Source of the DNA: Porphyridium purpureum
Taxonomy: Eukaryota
Direction of reading: 5' to 3'
DNA: 64,000 bases
Assembly: GCA_008690995.1 (NCBI GenBank)
Contig: VRMN01000006.1
Span: 868,001 to 932,000, forward strand
In this document: positions 1 to 12,565 of the stretch, piece by piece
Layout of the letters: each line of letters starts with the position of its first letter
How positions within the stretch are numbered: position 1 is the first letter of the stretch
Translations under genes and position numbers: made by a program
The notes under the pieces: generated by a model
What the model was told of the DNA's origin: nothing
The model's database searches: none
Seen by the model: only the letters and a program-made list of their open reading frames with translations

Positions 1-73
1 GGCATACGCCTTAAAACTAATATTAAGCGTGCGATTTATTGGATGTCTAGTTCTTCGATGAAGAAGCTGCGAG

Positions 74-460
74 TTATTCGTCCGGCCCATGCCTATCGGC
101 TGCCGTGATTGTGCTTTCATGAGATGAGCACTCTGAAAAATCAAACTTGGATGGTGCGTGCTCCAAGTTGCGCGGCCGACGCTTGTACCAAGCACGCACA
201 CGTGGGCGGCCTCGCCAGCACTTTCCGCACATGTCGAACCTAGACGCTGCGACTTGCGAGCTTCGCACGGATGACAAATCCTGCGAAGCCAGCGATGATG
301 TTGCGCTGAGACTTTCTGAGCGGTCAAGTCTACATAGATGCTCGTGTGGCGCGGTGAAAGGACGCGAAGACGTTTCATCGCCTGCCGACACGTGCTGTTT
401 CCTCGACATCTGCTGTGGAGCATCCACGGTAAACGCGGCGCCTTGCTCCCCGAGATCCAT
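74..460 (-). CDS. possible small hypothetical protein (Ser-rich)
   Basis: Open frame 74..529(-) with an internal ATG (MDLGEQG...); no recognisable domain. Confidence 0.2.
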   Translation of the reverse strand: MDLGEQGAAFTVDAPQQMSRKQHVSAGDETSSRPFTAPHEHLCRLDRSESLSATSSLASQDLSSVRSSQVAASRFDMCGKCWRGRPRVRAWYKRRPRNLEHAPSKFDFSECSSHESTITAADRHGPDE

Positions 461-3400
461 CGAGCAAGACGATTCTAGTAAGACTAGGAGCATTTGCCCG
501 TTTTTTTCCTCTTCACAGCGGCTGCGCAAAGACTTTGCCGGGCTTCAACCGCGCGTTAGCAAGCGCACGGAGCTGGTGCGCAGGAAAATTCCCGTCCGGT
601 CCGCCGTGCGATTTATACGGAAATTCGGATCAAAACTCACGGTCGGTGCTTCGTTGGGCGATTTTCGATGTTTATCCTAGCGCACTTGTATTGATTTCGG
701 GCCAGACGCAAACGTCACCCTCACTACCACTCGCGTTTCTGAATGAGAGAAAAGATATCGTGCACCCAAGACATTCCTGCCCGTCCACGCCTGGCTCTGC
801 AGACTGTCGAAATGAGATTCAATGCCGGTCATGCGCCAGCTCGACGCCGCTCGCTCCCCTCGCGCGGAACGGTTGCAAAAACGCTTCTCCCGCAGAGCCA
901 TACGCAGGCAGCGGCCTATCGGCTTGCACTGTCAGCATTTTCGCACCATCGCGTCCATTTAGCCGGTGTGGTCCTATTTTTTGGACCAGAAACCGTGGGG
1001 CGGACATGTTCTCTCTGTAACCTTGGCCGAAGTAGGACATGTTCCTTGCAACTCTCTTTCACGCTGCAGCCGATGCGAGCGCCACTTCGACCCGCGCGCG
1101 CGCGCGCGCCAACATGCGCACAAGGATCGGCGACGCGCGCGCAAGCACGTGGCGGCGTTTGACAATGCTGAGTGTGCACACCCAGAGCGAGAGGCTCTCG
1201 AGCTGCGCGGCGAGGGCGAAAGCAGACGACGCATGCGCGGCTGGCTTGACAGAGAGCGGCGGCAGTCTATGGCGTTGCGGCATTGATTTCATGCCATATT
1301 AACCCACCACCCATCAACTCCCACACGCAACAAGAATTCACTTCTTCGTTAATTCTTCGTTCACAGTCACACACGTACGCACGCAACATATGGTTACACA
1401 TGGCCGCTGCGGCGCATGATGCCGGCACCGCCACAGCTGACCCGTAGCCGTCGCGCCATTGCCTGCTTTCTACGAACTTCACAACCTCGACCAGGGCTTG
1501 ATACAGTGTGTCGCGCGCCGTTGTTCCCCTTTTGCGGCTGGCGTTCACGCACTCGCTCTCATGCCGCATGTTCCACCCCTCCCCAACGTAGATCACACGA
1601 TCAGCGGTGGCTTCCTTAAACCGGTGTAATGCGTGAAGATCATTTCCGGGCGGACGTGCGGGCGGACTCGCGGCCCGTAGAAATGCAGTCGTGGCATTCC
1701 TTTGTAATGGATGAAAAGCGCGTGAAGTGGTGGCTTTTTGGAGGGTGTGTAATGCGGGAAGATTCGCGTCCGAAACATTGAACCCGCGAGCGCGTTCTAT
1801 TTTTGGGTGTTGCGTTGAAACGTGTGGCGGGGAGCGAGTTCCACGTGGTGACGCCGTGGAGTTGCAACACGCAAGCGGCGAGGTTTGTGTTTCGCATTCC
1901 TTTGCAATCCAGAGATTGATTGTAAATCAGTGTTCTTCTATTAAGATGTGGAATGCGTGAGGGGTACAGCCGTTTGGCACTTCTGCGCGGTTGACGTGAC
2001 AGGTGGTGAATGCGAAAAGCTGCGTCTTCGCAAAAGGTAGATGGAATGGAATGGCGGCTTGGCTTTCGACAGGTGATAGGGCTAGGAGATGTTCATGGCA
2101 ACAAGTTCTCGAGGCCGAGACGCAAACATCCGGTCGCCACCGCTCTCTACTCCACAACCCTCATCATCGCCTTCATGCAAATGCACGGCGTTGAAGGCAT
2201 ACTACGCGCGGGCTTATTTTTCCCCATCCATCGGCTCCACCGCGATGAATTGAGCGCTTCCGTACATTCCGGCGCTGAGCCCGAACGCACTTTGTCGGTG
2301 TGCACGGCTTGAGCTGCTACCACGCACGCCGTAGATGCCACACGCGCTGTCGAATGAACATGGCGACCCTTCTCAGAAGGTCGTCGCATGTAGCCTACTT
2401 GAGCAGCACCAGTATGGCAACAACTTCTCGCCCTTGCAAGAAAATCTGCACGAGTTTCGCAGCCCCTTTTGTGACTTGGACATATGATCCCTGGCGATTG
2501 ACAGCTTGGGCCCGACTGACGGATCACATCGTCCGGCCAACACGAGACCACAAGCCAGAACGTCTGGTGCATACAAGCGGTGTTTGGTGGATACCATCCG
2601 CAGTACTGCCGGCAGCGCTATTCTGGGTCCGTTTCACCGCATTCATTCTATTTGGTGGTAGTCTGTCGGAAACTTCATGGCCTTGGTAGCACGATCAACG
2701 GGGCCCCTTGTCTGTGCACCTGCTTGAATCGATTGCGAGCGATGCAAAGATGCAACGGTGTTAGTGACGACTGGTGGAAACATCCGCTGTGCCACCAGCT
2801 TGTCAAAGCTGACGAAACAAATCTAAAGCCGTTGGTCATTGGCGCCAGACATAAAACAATGGCGTTGCTGTCGCATACTTTGCTGCGGGACGAGGTAGGC
2901 TTCTCTGTTCTGCACTCCCGCATACGCGCCAATGCCGCGACGGGCGGCGGTACCAGCGCGCAATGACTGAAAATCAGTTTCGCATCTACGTTTGTGAGCT
3001 GCTGTGTGGACCATAGAGGATCGCGGCGCGTGGCACATTGCGGCTCTCTCGATGCTAACAAGCCCTCATTCTGCGACGTGCCTCACATGCTTCTCCCGCT
3101 CAGAATGCATTTGAGGACAATGACTGTTGAGCAAACCGTTGGAAACTGCCAGGCCGCTCTTGCCGTGCAGCAGTGCTCGGTGCTACCCGATCCGGTGCTT
3201 GTGAAGGCTGAGTGTGAGCACGGCGCGCACTTTGTGCGCGAGAAAAGGTAGTACGAAGACCAGCTAACATTCCTGAATACGGCCTGCTCCCTTTCCCTGA
3301 AGGTGATTCAACCACTCCTTTGTGCGCCTTGGTCTAGCTGTCGCGAACTTTGTCACCACACCACACCGCACAGAACGCTTGATTCTACATTCACCGTCCG

Positions 3401-3581
3401 ACAACAAAGCGTCCAACTGAAGCCAGCGGCCTCGCAGATAGACACGCGCTGGCATGTGGACGTGCGAGCCCGCAAGTTCGCTCTGTCCCCATGCCGAACC
3501 GCGCTGACTCATGTGTGTGTCTTTGCATCGAGCCATACGCGCTTAAAGAGAGACGCGCGCCGTCCTTGTCGCGCATCGCAT

Positions 3582-3697
3582 CGCCAGCGCCAGCGCCTGC
3601 GCCTGCGCCTGCGCCTGCGCCTGCGCCTGCGCCTGCCTGCGCCTGCGCCTGCGCCTGCGCCTGCGCCTGCGCCTGCGCCTGCGCCTGCGCCTGCGCC
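3582..3697. repeat. (GCGCCT)n hexamer microsatellite with one register slip
   Basis: About 19 tandem GCGCCT/GCGCCA units seen directly, ~240 bp upstream of the K+ channel ATG. Confidence 0.95.
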
Positions 3698-3936
3698 GGC
3701 CTCTCTGCTCGTCCAGCAGTCTATCTGAAAGTGCTTTGGGCGCTGCTGCTTCTGCGCGCTCGCGTTGCGTGCCATCAAAGCGGCTTGGGCGCGTGGCGCA
3801 ACGGCTGAAAGTGAGAGAGAGAAAGAGAAAAGGTGTTGGACGCTTCAGTTCCGACGTTGGTCTAGGGAAGAGTCGGACTGGATGGGTCGGAGCGCGCCCC
3901 TGCAGCGCACCCAACTGGTGACTGAATTTCATCGCC

Positions 3937-6900
3937 ATGGCGACAAAGAAAGCATGGGAGCCGTCGTGGCTCGCCGAATTTGCGCTGCTGCGTATTGCGC
4001 TCGCGCTGTGGGGCGTGTACCTGCTGCTCGCACTCTTGATAACGGGCAGTAAGCTGCTGGCGCGCTACTTGCAGATGAAGTTTGATGAGAGGCAGATGCG
4101 TGACTATCAGATTGCGTCCGCGCTGTCGGGCGACGCGCTTTATTCGGACAACGAGTTCGAGATCACGTTGATGCAGAGGCGGCCGCCGCTATTGCGATTG
4201 ATGTCGTCTTTTGTGCTGGCCACGCGCCGCCTACGCGCAGCAGTGCGAAGGCGGCTCAACTCAGCCGGCGCCATGAGCACGCAGAGCTGGCGCGTCGGTT
4301 ATATTCTCGCATGCTTTGCGGTGTGCACGCACTACGTCTACGAAACGTACATGCAGAGCCCAGTTTTGAGTCCCGTGGCTTGGTTCCTTTTGGGCGTGTG
4401 GGCGCTGTTGCTCGCTTTATCCGCTTGTGTTGCCTATTTGTACACGGAAAACCCAATGCGGCGCGTGCTGTCGCTGCCCTTTATAGTGCAGTGCGTGTGC
4501 GTCGTGTCGGTGCTGTTCAGTATGCGCGGAATCTGGCTGAACTTCAACTTTTTGCACGCATTTCTCGCATTGCATGTCCACAACACCAACTATGCGAGCT
4601 TCGAGAGCGCTCAGGTGCGCTCGAGCTCAATGAGCAACCGCTGGACGATGGTCAGGCTCGCCACATCCATTCTGATGCAATTTTTGACGTTTATTTTTAT
4701 TGCAGCCTCCGCCATCCAGCTGTTCGAGAATCTTGGCGACCCAACCGTTGAGTTGATGCTTGAGGAGTACGACATGGACTGGTTCAATGCTTTGTATTTT
4801 AGCGTTGTGGCGGTGGCAACGGTGGGCTTTGGCGATTTTGTGCCGTACACCATGCTCGGGCGTCTGTGGATTTCGTTCAACGTGCTCTTCGCGGCCTACT
4901 TGATTTCGGTGGAGATCACGCAGCTTGTCGAGACGTTGGCGCAATCGCGTTTCGGCGCGGGGAGCTACCGGAACGCTGCATTTGATGCCCGACACGTTGT
5001 GCTCACAGGCTTGTTCACTTTCAATTCCTTGCAGGAATTTGTACGTGAATTCTTCATCGACGTGCGCTTTGACGGCTACCAGCTTGTGGTTCTGAGCTCC
5101 GTGCCATTATGGCAGGAGGACGAGCTGCGTGCGTTTCTTGCGTCCAACAATATGTACATGCACGAGACTTTCTTCTTGAACGGCTCGTGCCTCAAGGAAG
5201 ATGACTTGCAGCGCGCGCGTGTGGAAACAGCCTCAGCTGTGTATTTTCTGAGCATCCCGCAGGCGCCCGACCCGCACGCTGTCGACAGCAACGCGCTCAA
5301 GGCGCTTCTGTCCATCCGCCGCTACTGCGCACACGTGCCCATTTTCAGCCTTCACTCGGTGTCGAGCTCGGCGTTCCAATTCCGTGTCGCAACGCAACAG
5401 AGCCCGCACGTACACGTGATGAGCGAGGCGAAAAAGAAGAAGAAGAGGAGGAAAACGACCAACGGCAAACGTCAGGAGAACAATGAAAGTGTTGCGCACA
5501 AGGGCTTTTCGCTGTCCAAGCTGTTTGCTGATGCGCGATCTGCAGCGACAGCGACCACCCTGGATGGTGCGACCATGTCCGCGACCGCCCAAGCGCTCAA
5601 GTACGACCAGGAACTGGCGGAGCGCAACCCGCTGCTCCGAAGCACTTCTATTGGTGTAGAGGACTTTTTCTTGACCTTATTGGCGGAAAACATATTTGCG
5701 AACGGCATGAGCACACTGCTGGCCAACCTGATCTTGCCAGTCAAGCCGCAGGGGCGACAGGGCGACCGGCCTTTCCTCAGCGAGTACAAGCTTGGTGCCG
5801 AGAGCTTGTTTGATTACATTCGCGTGCCAGAGCAGCTGAACAAGGTACCACTCGCTCGCGTCCTGCTTGAATTTCTTGATTTCGGTATCATCCCGATTGC
5901 TGCGCGCGCCGTGGGCGAATTCAAGTGGCAGATGCTCAGCACATCCAGTGTACTGCAAGGCGCCCATTTGGTACTTGTCATCACGTATCATACGGGAAGA
6001 CCGGTGCTCGACCGCGTCATGGACTTGCTCCTGGAGCACGTGCTTGAATGTCTCGATGCGGAGAGGATGGCGGCCGAGGAAGTGTCTTCGGATGACGAGT
6101 CTGCGCAAGTTGACAAAGCAGATGACCTTCACAACCAGGACGACGGGAATGTCTACAGTTGCGGAAACGAGGACTGGCCAAGCGTTGTTCCTCTAGCGAG
6201 CAGCAGTCGCATGCGTCCCGCAGCGGAAAGCGCCGCTGCACGACAGCATATGATGCCCTTGTCGCGCTTGGGAACCGGCGGAGTGTTTGGATCGGGATCC
6301 GGGCACCGCGATGATTCGTCAGTGTCGACGCTGCTGCGCAACACTCAGAAAAATGGGACCACCCATGCGTCATCGCCACCGCGTCCAGGCGTGCGTGTTG
6401 TGGAGGAGCACGAAAAGTTCGACACTCGACTCAAGGGCCATGTGATCTGCTGCTTGTCCCGCAGCGTAAGCGTGGACTCGCTCGGCATATTTCTGGCCAA
6501 GGTGCTTGGTCCACGTACTGGCGTGCGCGCACCGGGCGTGCCGCTGGTGCTGACGCGATACGAAAGCTCACAGCACTTGCTTGCCGAACTTGAGGGCTTC
6601 TCCGGTGCCAACTCGTTTGTGCTTTTAGGAAATCCCTTCTCACCGCCTACCCTGCGAAAGGCCCAGCTTGAAAGCGCGCGCGCCGTGGTCTTTCTTTCTT
6701 CCATGGGCCAGCCAGATATATCTTCCAGGACTGGCGCTCAAGGTGCGCGAAGCGACATGAGCTACATGAGTGGCATCACTAGCCAGATAAGCAACGTCCA
6801 AAGCGCAAACCAGTACAACACTGACTCGGGCGCGATTTTCTTGTGGCTTACGCTAGACCACATGCTGACCAAGACGCTGGACGTGTTCCCTTGCTGCTAC

Positions 6901-8256
6901 TTGTCGTCAAACGAGTCACTGCAGCTTCTTCCGACGCCAGGGTTTCCGCGACGCACGGGCATCCAGTTGGGCGAGCAGCATGACGCGCAGATTGCACTGA
7001 AGCGTGAGCTGCTGCCCAAGAGCAAGGCCAAACGGGATAAGAATAACAAAACGCAGACCAATGGCCGCAACAGTCAAGGCCGATTGAGGGAGACTGGTCG
7101 AAGCGGGAGTGCTTCCGGGCGTCTGGTGACGCCCGGGTTCGGGCTTTCATCGCTGCCATATGGCTCGCGGTCACGTTCCAACATGAACATAAACTACTCG
7201 GTGGGTCGCGCCGGCAGCCTTTCGCGCACGCTGCTGAGCGACTTGGATTTGATGGATGATCTCATGGATGATGATTCAGCAAGCGTGCATGCGCGGCAAC
7301 AGAACAGCGACGAGATCTTTTCGGCGCGAGAGGAGTTTTTCGAGCGCGAACGCTTTGCGTCTGGTGAGGTGGTGGTACCATCTGTTCTCGTGTCTCTCCT
7401 GCTGCGCGAATTGCATGAACCAGGCTTCTCGAGCGCGATTGTGGAGCTCATTGGCGCGTCCGAGACGCAGAAAAGCTGGATTCGACTCGTGGATGTTCCG
7501 CGCTTGTGGGTTCAAGGCGCAGAGAACAGTAGCGGCCAAGGCAGTAGCAGCCCGAGCTGCCGTACGTATCGCGAGGTTTGTGAAGTGCTGGTACGATTTG
7601 GATGCATCCCACTCGGGCTCTACCGCTCTGGCGAGGCTCCCGTCCGACTTGAAGTGGAAAGCACAGTCTGGCAGCGCGGACTGGGCGGCACCACCCACAC
7701 GTACACCTGGAGCGATGTCGTATCGCAGAGCGGTGGCGCCTCTGCAAACATGAATGGCGGCGCTATGGGCACGGCCTCGATTCCTCCAAGTCGAAATGCC
7801 CTTTTCCGGGCAAGCGGTTTCAACGATGCAGCGGCCGATGATCCTTCGATCACGGGCTTACGTCATGTACGTTCGGTCGCGATGCGGACGGACCTGCTTT
7901 GGTCGCTGCAGGACGAGGTGCAGAATCTGCTCCAGCAGGAGGGCCGAGGCAGCAGTATCGCGCAGGACGGCGGCGATGAGCATGAAGAAGACGGCGAACA
8001 CACTCCGCTGCCGTCACCTCCGGCGCCTAAAGTATACTATTGCAAGTCTACCCGCCGACGGATCTCTTACTGCGAGCTGTTGGATGGGCAAAACCTGTTA
8101 CCGTACGTCTTTTGTCAGCCGGAGGCGTATTGTGCCGTAGCCGCTGCAGACGCCGTGTTTGTTTTTTGTCCTCCGGGCCTGAAGATTCCGTGTGGTATGT
8201 GCTGGGTGGAGAGCGAATCGGATTCCGCGCGGCCGTGTGACTGCACCAAGGGGTAG
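3937..8256 (+). CDS. Slo/BK-like potassium channel with two RCK domains
   Basis: 1439-aa intronless ORF; several TM helices; pore 'WFNALYFSVVAVATVGFGDFVP'; RCK motifs 'HVVLTG', 'GSCLKEDDLQRARVETASAV', 'LKGHVICC', 'ERFASGEV', 'TYREV...GCIPLGLYR'. Confidence 0.9.
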   Translation: MATKKAWEPSWLAEFALLRIALALWGVYLLLALLITGSKLLARYLQMKFDERQMRDYQIASALSGDALYSDNEFEITLMQRRPPLLRLMSSFVLATRRLRAAVRRRLNSAGAMSTQSWRVGYILACFAVCTHYVYETYMQSPVLSPVAWFLLGVWALLLALSACVAYLYTENPMRRVLSLPFIVQCVCVVSVLFSMRGIWLNFNFLHAFLALHVHNTNYASFESAQVRSSSMSNRWTMVRLATSILMQFLTFIFIAASAIQLFENLGDPTVELMLEEYDMDWFNALYFSVVAVATVGFGDFVPYTMLGRLWISFNVLFAAYLISVEITQLVETLAQSRFGAGSYRNAAFDARHVVLTGLFTFNSLQEFVREFFIDVRFDGYQLVVLSSVPLWQEDELRAFLASNNMYMHETFFLNGSCLKEDDLQRARVETASAVYFLSIPQAPDPHAVDSNALKALLSIRRYCAHVPIFSLHSVSSSAFQFRVATQQSPHVHVMSEAKKKKKRRKTTNGKRQENNESVAHKGFSLSKLFADARSAATATTLDGATMSATAQALKYDQELAERNPLLRSTSIGVEDFFLTLLAENIFANGMSTLLANLILPVKPQGRQGDRPFLSEYKLGAESLFDYIRVPEQLNKVPLARVLLEFLDFGIIPIAARAVGEFKWQMLSTSSVLQGAHLVLVITYHTGRPVLDRVMDLLLEHVLECLDAERMAAEEVSSDDESAQVDKADDLHNQDDGNVYSCGNEDWPSVVPLASSSRMRPAAESAAARQHMMPLSRLGTGGVFGSGSGHRDDSSVSTLLRNTQKNGTTHASSPPRPGVRVVEEHEKFDTRLKGHVICCLSRSVSVDSLGIFLAKVLGPRTGVRAPGVPLVLTRYESSQHLLAELEGFSGANSFVLLGNPFSPPTLRKAQLESARAVVFLSSMGQPDISSRTGAQGARSDMSYMSGITSQISNVQSANQYNTDSGAIFLWLTLDHMLTKTLDVFPCCYLSSNESLQLLPTPGFPRRTGIQLGEQHDAQIALKRELLPKSKAKRDKNNKTQTNGRNSQGRLRETGRSGSASGRLVTPGFGLSSLPYGSRSRSNMNINYSVGRAGSLSRTLLSDLDLMDDLMDDDSASVHARQQNSDEIFSAREEFFERERFASGEVVVPSVLVSLLLRELHEPGFSSAIVELIGASETQKSWIRLVDVPRLWVQGAENSSGQGSSSPSCRTYREVCEVLVRFGCIPLGLYRSGEAPVRLEVESTVWQRGLGGTTHTYTWSDVVSQSGGASANMNGGAMGTASIPPSRNALFRASGFNDAAADDPSITGLRHVRSVAMRTDLLWSLQDEVQNLLQQEGRGSSIAQDGGDEHEEDGEHTPLPSPPAPKVYYCKSTRRRISYCELLDGQNLLPYVFCQPEAYCAVAAADAVFVFCPPGLKIPCGMCWVESESDSARPCDCTKG

Positions 8257-8477
8257 AAGTCGCAGCTGCCATGATTCCCGAGACCGTCCGACCGAGCGTC
8301 CATAGAATAGGAAAACGACTGGAGTGTGTTTCTATGGGGTTACTTGCACGCGAAGGACGGCACGGCGAATCCGATAGTGTCCCTCGCGACCCAGTCATGC
8401 CCAAACAATTGCTCATGGGCTGTGGCTTCGTGGCCTGGTTTATGCTGTGTTAAGAGTTTATGACGTTTTCGACTTAT

Positions 8478-9512
8478 TCACCAAAAGCTGAATGCATTCG
8501 AGAAAAAGCGATTGGCGCGGTTTTTCTTGCGCATCTCGGCGCGCTTCTGCTCCTCGAGACGCGCGGCAAGTGAATTGCCGCCTGCGTGTGTGACCGACTT
8601 GTGCGGGATTTGCGCGCTGTTCAGGTCATCCAAATACGCCGGCTTTCCGCCTGTGTTTGCTTCGCCGTGCGCGGATTTCCCTTGCATGTCTGCACCGCCG
8701 CTTTCGCCATTGGCATTCTCCTTGTTCGTCTCTTCGCTGTCAGCCTGTGACTGGATCAGCTCGACCAGTCGCTGTCCATTGACCTGCGGCAAGAACGCAA
8801 GGAGCGCTGAGGCTTCGCACGTACTTTGCACTTCAAGCACCTCGGGACCGACCTCAATAGTGACTGAATGCACGCCCGGAAACTTTGTGAGAGCCACCTC
8901 GGCGCGTCGCCGCGTGGCCTCCTCGCTCAGCCCAACGCAGTGCACACGCAAAGTGCCAGGCACTGCAGCTTGGGGTACGGACTCTGGCGCCGGGTAAACC
9001 AGGTTGGCCAGCGCGCCGTCTTCCGTATCGTTCTCTTCTTGCTGGCGCTGTGCAAGCCTTTTTTGGATTCTTCGCAGCTCCTGCACCTCGTCATAATTAA
9101 TTTCGTCCGTAAGGGTCTCCATGATGCCGAACGCCGCGGTGCGCATGGCGCGGTCTGCATCCTCGCGTGTTAGCATGACAACCTTGAGCGCCGACCACAG
9201 CCCTTGCTCGCCGCGCAGCAGCGCAAAGTTGTCCGGGTGTGAAGCGAGATTGTCCAGCGCTCGCAACGCCGTGCGGCACGTCTCGGCGTCTGTGGCGCCG
9301 CCCGCAAATTTCACGAGCGCGGAAACGCATCCATCCTCGCGCGCCACCACCGGCTGCATGTCGAAATCCGAGCTCAGCTCCAGCAGCTGACTCGCGATTG
9401 CCAAGAACTGTGCGTGTTTCTTTGCCTGCTCCTTCTCCATCGTCGTGCCCGCGTGCTGCGTCTGACTGAGCGGGCCCTGCACCGCATCCGCGTCTTCGCC
9501 GCGCTCCGCCAT
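8478..9512 (-). CDS. Armadillo-repeat protein with HMA-like domain (ARMC1-like)
   Basis: N-terminal ARM-like helices (GCVSALVKF...ALRALDNLASHPDN...GEQGLWSALK), then a ferredoxin-fold/HMA-like segment (LRVHCVGL...RRRAEVALTKFPGVHSVTIE), 'PAYLDD' and a C-terminal 'NAFSFW'; start uncertain (9512 or 9440). Confidence 0.7.
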   Translation of the reverse strand: MAERGEDADAVQGPLSQTQHAGTTMEKEQAKKHAQFLAIASQLLELSSDFDMQPVVAREDGCVSALVKFAGGATDAETCRTALRALDNLASHPDNFALLRGEQGLWSALKVVMLTREDADRAMRTAAFGIMETLTDEINYDEVQELRRIQKRLAQRQQEENDTEDGALANLVYPAPESVPQAAVPGTLRVHCVGLSEEATRRRAEVALTKFPGVHSVTIEVGPEVLEVQSTCEASALLAFLPQVNGQRLVELIQSQADSEETNKENANGESGGADMQGKSAHGEANTGGKPAYLDDLNSAQIPHKSVTHAGGNSLAARLEEQKRAEMRKKNRANRFFSNAFSFW

Positions 9513-10430
9513 CTGGGGCATTCTCGTGCGGCTCGCGGTCCTTCTGCGCGCGCAAGCCCGGCCGCGCTGCCTGCTGCACCGATGCGGATGGCAACGCGCG
9601 AGCCTTCTGCCCCCTGGCGGCACGTAGCAAGCAGCAACCACACCAACCCCGAGGCACGCTGGGGCTCGCCGCAAGTACGAAAATTCTCAAGTTCAAATGC
9701 CTTGATAGCAAATCGCGCCCATTTCGTGATTTTTGTGCGCTTTCGAACGTTTCAAAAGGCCGGCCTTGTATGGAGAGCTGCGCCAGCGGCAGACGTGCGC
9801 ACGCGGCTGGGCCGGAAGGGCTCGTGTGGGCTGGCGGCGCCGCAGTCCTCGCAGAAGAATGCAGCGGGCCTCGTGCCCGACGACTCGGCTCGTTCCTTGG
9901 CGCTTTCCGCGCGGGGACCGCGCGCAGGCGTGTCTGCGCCCGAGCTCCGCGCTCCAGCCGGGTCTGTTCTTCTGTTGGTGTGTCCAGTGTACGGCTCAAG
10001 ACCAGGGCCTTCGCGGACCTTGCCAGCGATCCCAGATTTGAAGAAATGTTCCTTTTCTATCTATATTTTTCCTTTAATTGAGAGCCGTTCGTTTCGCTGC
10101 TTCGAGCAAGCAGCACAGCGCCGTGCCTGCTCCGTTTCGCCACGTCCATTTCGGGTTGCACTGGGCAGTTTCCTAGCTGCACCCCCCTTCAATTCCTTGG
10201 ATGCGCAGGTCGAGTGAGATTTCTAATGCGGAAATAATATCTTCGCAGCTCTGGACGCGACACACCTGTCGCTCGGCAAGGCCGCATATAATACATTTAC
10301 TCGTGAGAAAAACCACACGTCGAATGCTTGTCGTAAATCCCCTACCGTTCGCACTGCGAGCGCCCAAATGCGCGCGACGAGGCGGCCGGATAAGAGTGGG
10401 CGTGTGGTGCAGAGAGAGGGCGCTAAATCG

Positions 10431-10685
10431 CTACTTGTTCTCGGCGGCCATCTCGAGCTCGCGGAGGTCATCTGTGGCTTGCGTTTGCAGCCGGCGGTCC
10501 TCCACGTACACGTTGCCTTCCTGCACCTCGGGCACTTTCACGGCGAGCGCATTCTCGTTGCGGAACGACGCCGCCTTCTCGCCCTTGGACTGCTGCGCGA
10601 GCGCCCTGCCTGAGCCTCCCACCGCATTTCCCTTTGCGGGCGCGACAGCTGCGGGCGCGTCGGCACCTGCTTGCGCACCCTGCAT
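10431..10685 (-). CDS. small hypothetical protein (84 aa)
   Basis: ATG at 10685 (MQGAQAG...), coding-like composition, purine-rich leader upstream, AACCGTT motif cluster at ~11227. Confidence 0.5.
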   Translation of the reverse strand: MQGAQAGADAPAAVAPAKGNAVGGSGRALAQQSKGEKAASFRNENALAVKVPEVQEGNVYVEDRRLQTQATDDLRELEMAAENK

Positions 10686-11574
10686 TCTCCTCAACACCCC
10701 TATTCCCTCCGCGCTTCTCTCCCCCCGACCTCCTTCACGCACCCCACCCACACACACGCAGAGACCAATCCGTCGCTTGTCCTTCGTGGCACCGCGCGTC
10801 GCAAGCGGCACGCCTGCTCGCGTCCTAGTCGTCACTCGCAACCGCTGCCTCCCGCGCAACCCGCCGACCCCGCGCCGCGCACACTCCACGCCAGCACGTC
10901 GCCCCCCGCCTGGTCCCTCACGAGCGCGCGCCCAACGTTCGCTCCCTTCCCCCCACACACACACCCACCACTCGTCCACGCACGCCGCACGAGCTGCGTG
11001 CCCCGGCTCTTCAAGCGCCCACCGCGCTCAGCCACGTGGTTTTCTCGCTGCCAGCGCACCGCCGCAGCCGCAGCGGCTCCGCATAAAAGCGCGCTGATTT
11101 GATAGGAAGCACGTCTAAAAATAGACGCACGCATGCGCACACGCGCGCCAACTCGATCGGATCGGTTTTTCTGGCGGAGCGTGCGTGGAAGTGAACGTGG
11201 CGCCAGCAGCGGCGCGCGTGGAATGCAAACCGTTAAACCGGTACGGCATACCGGTTCGGCGCGTGTCCCGCGTGCGCTGTTTGGTGGAGAAGGGCATGTG
11301 CGGCGTGTGTGTGGGAAGGGATGCGCGAGGCGTGGGGCGCGATGTATGGTATGGTCTGTGCTTGCTGGATAAGAGTTGCGCATGCGTGCGAGAGCTCACG
11401 CAGCGCCGGTGGAGCCATGTCTGGGCTGGAGGGAAAACACGCGCAGAAGGAAGGAACAATCGACGGAGAGACAAAAGCTGTGACCTGAATTTTCTGGGCG
11501 AAACGGAAAAGGTTGGGCATGGAAACGTGGGATGAGAAGTCAAAATCATGGCAGACGAATGCTCCGTGCCACTG

Positions 11575-12441
<867 letters not shown>

Positions 12442-12565
12442 GGTGTCTCTCTGCGACAACTCTGCTAACTTTCGCTCCGTTTCCGCGGCCTCGCTCCGTG
12501 CCGGAAAGCTGTTCACAACGCATGTAGACGTGACTTGGGGTGGAGCGGTGGACGTGCCGAACAGC

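Noticed and set aside
3303..3938. ORFs with RL/PA/AC/AG/poly-R/QA repeats
   Set aside because: Translations of the GCGCCT microsatellite in different frames; no coding evidence
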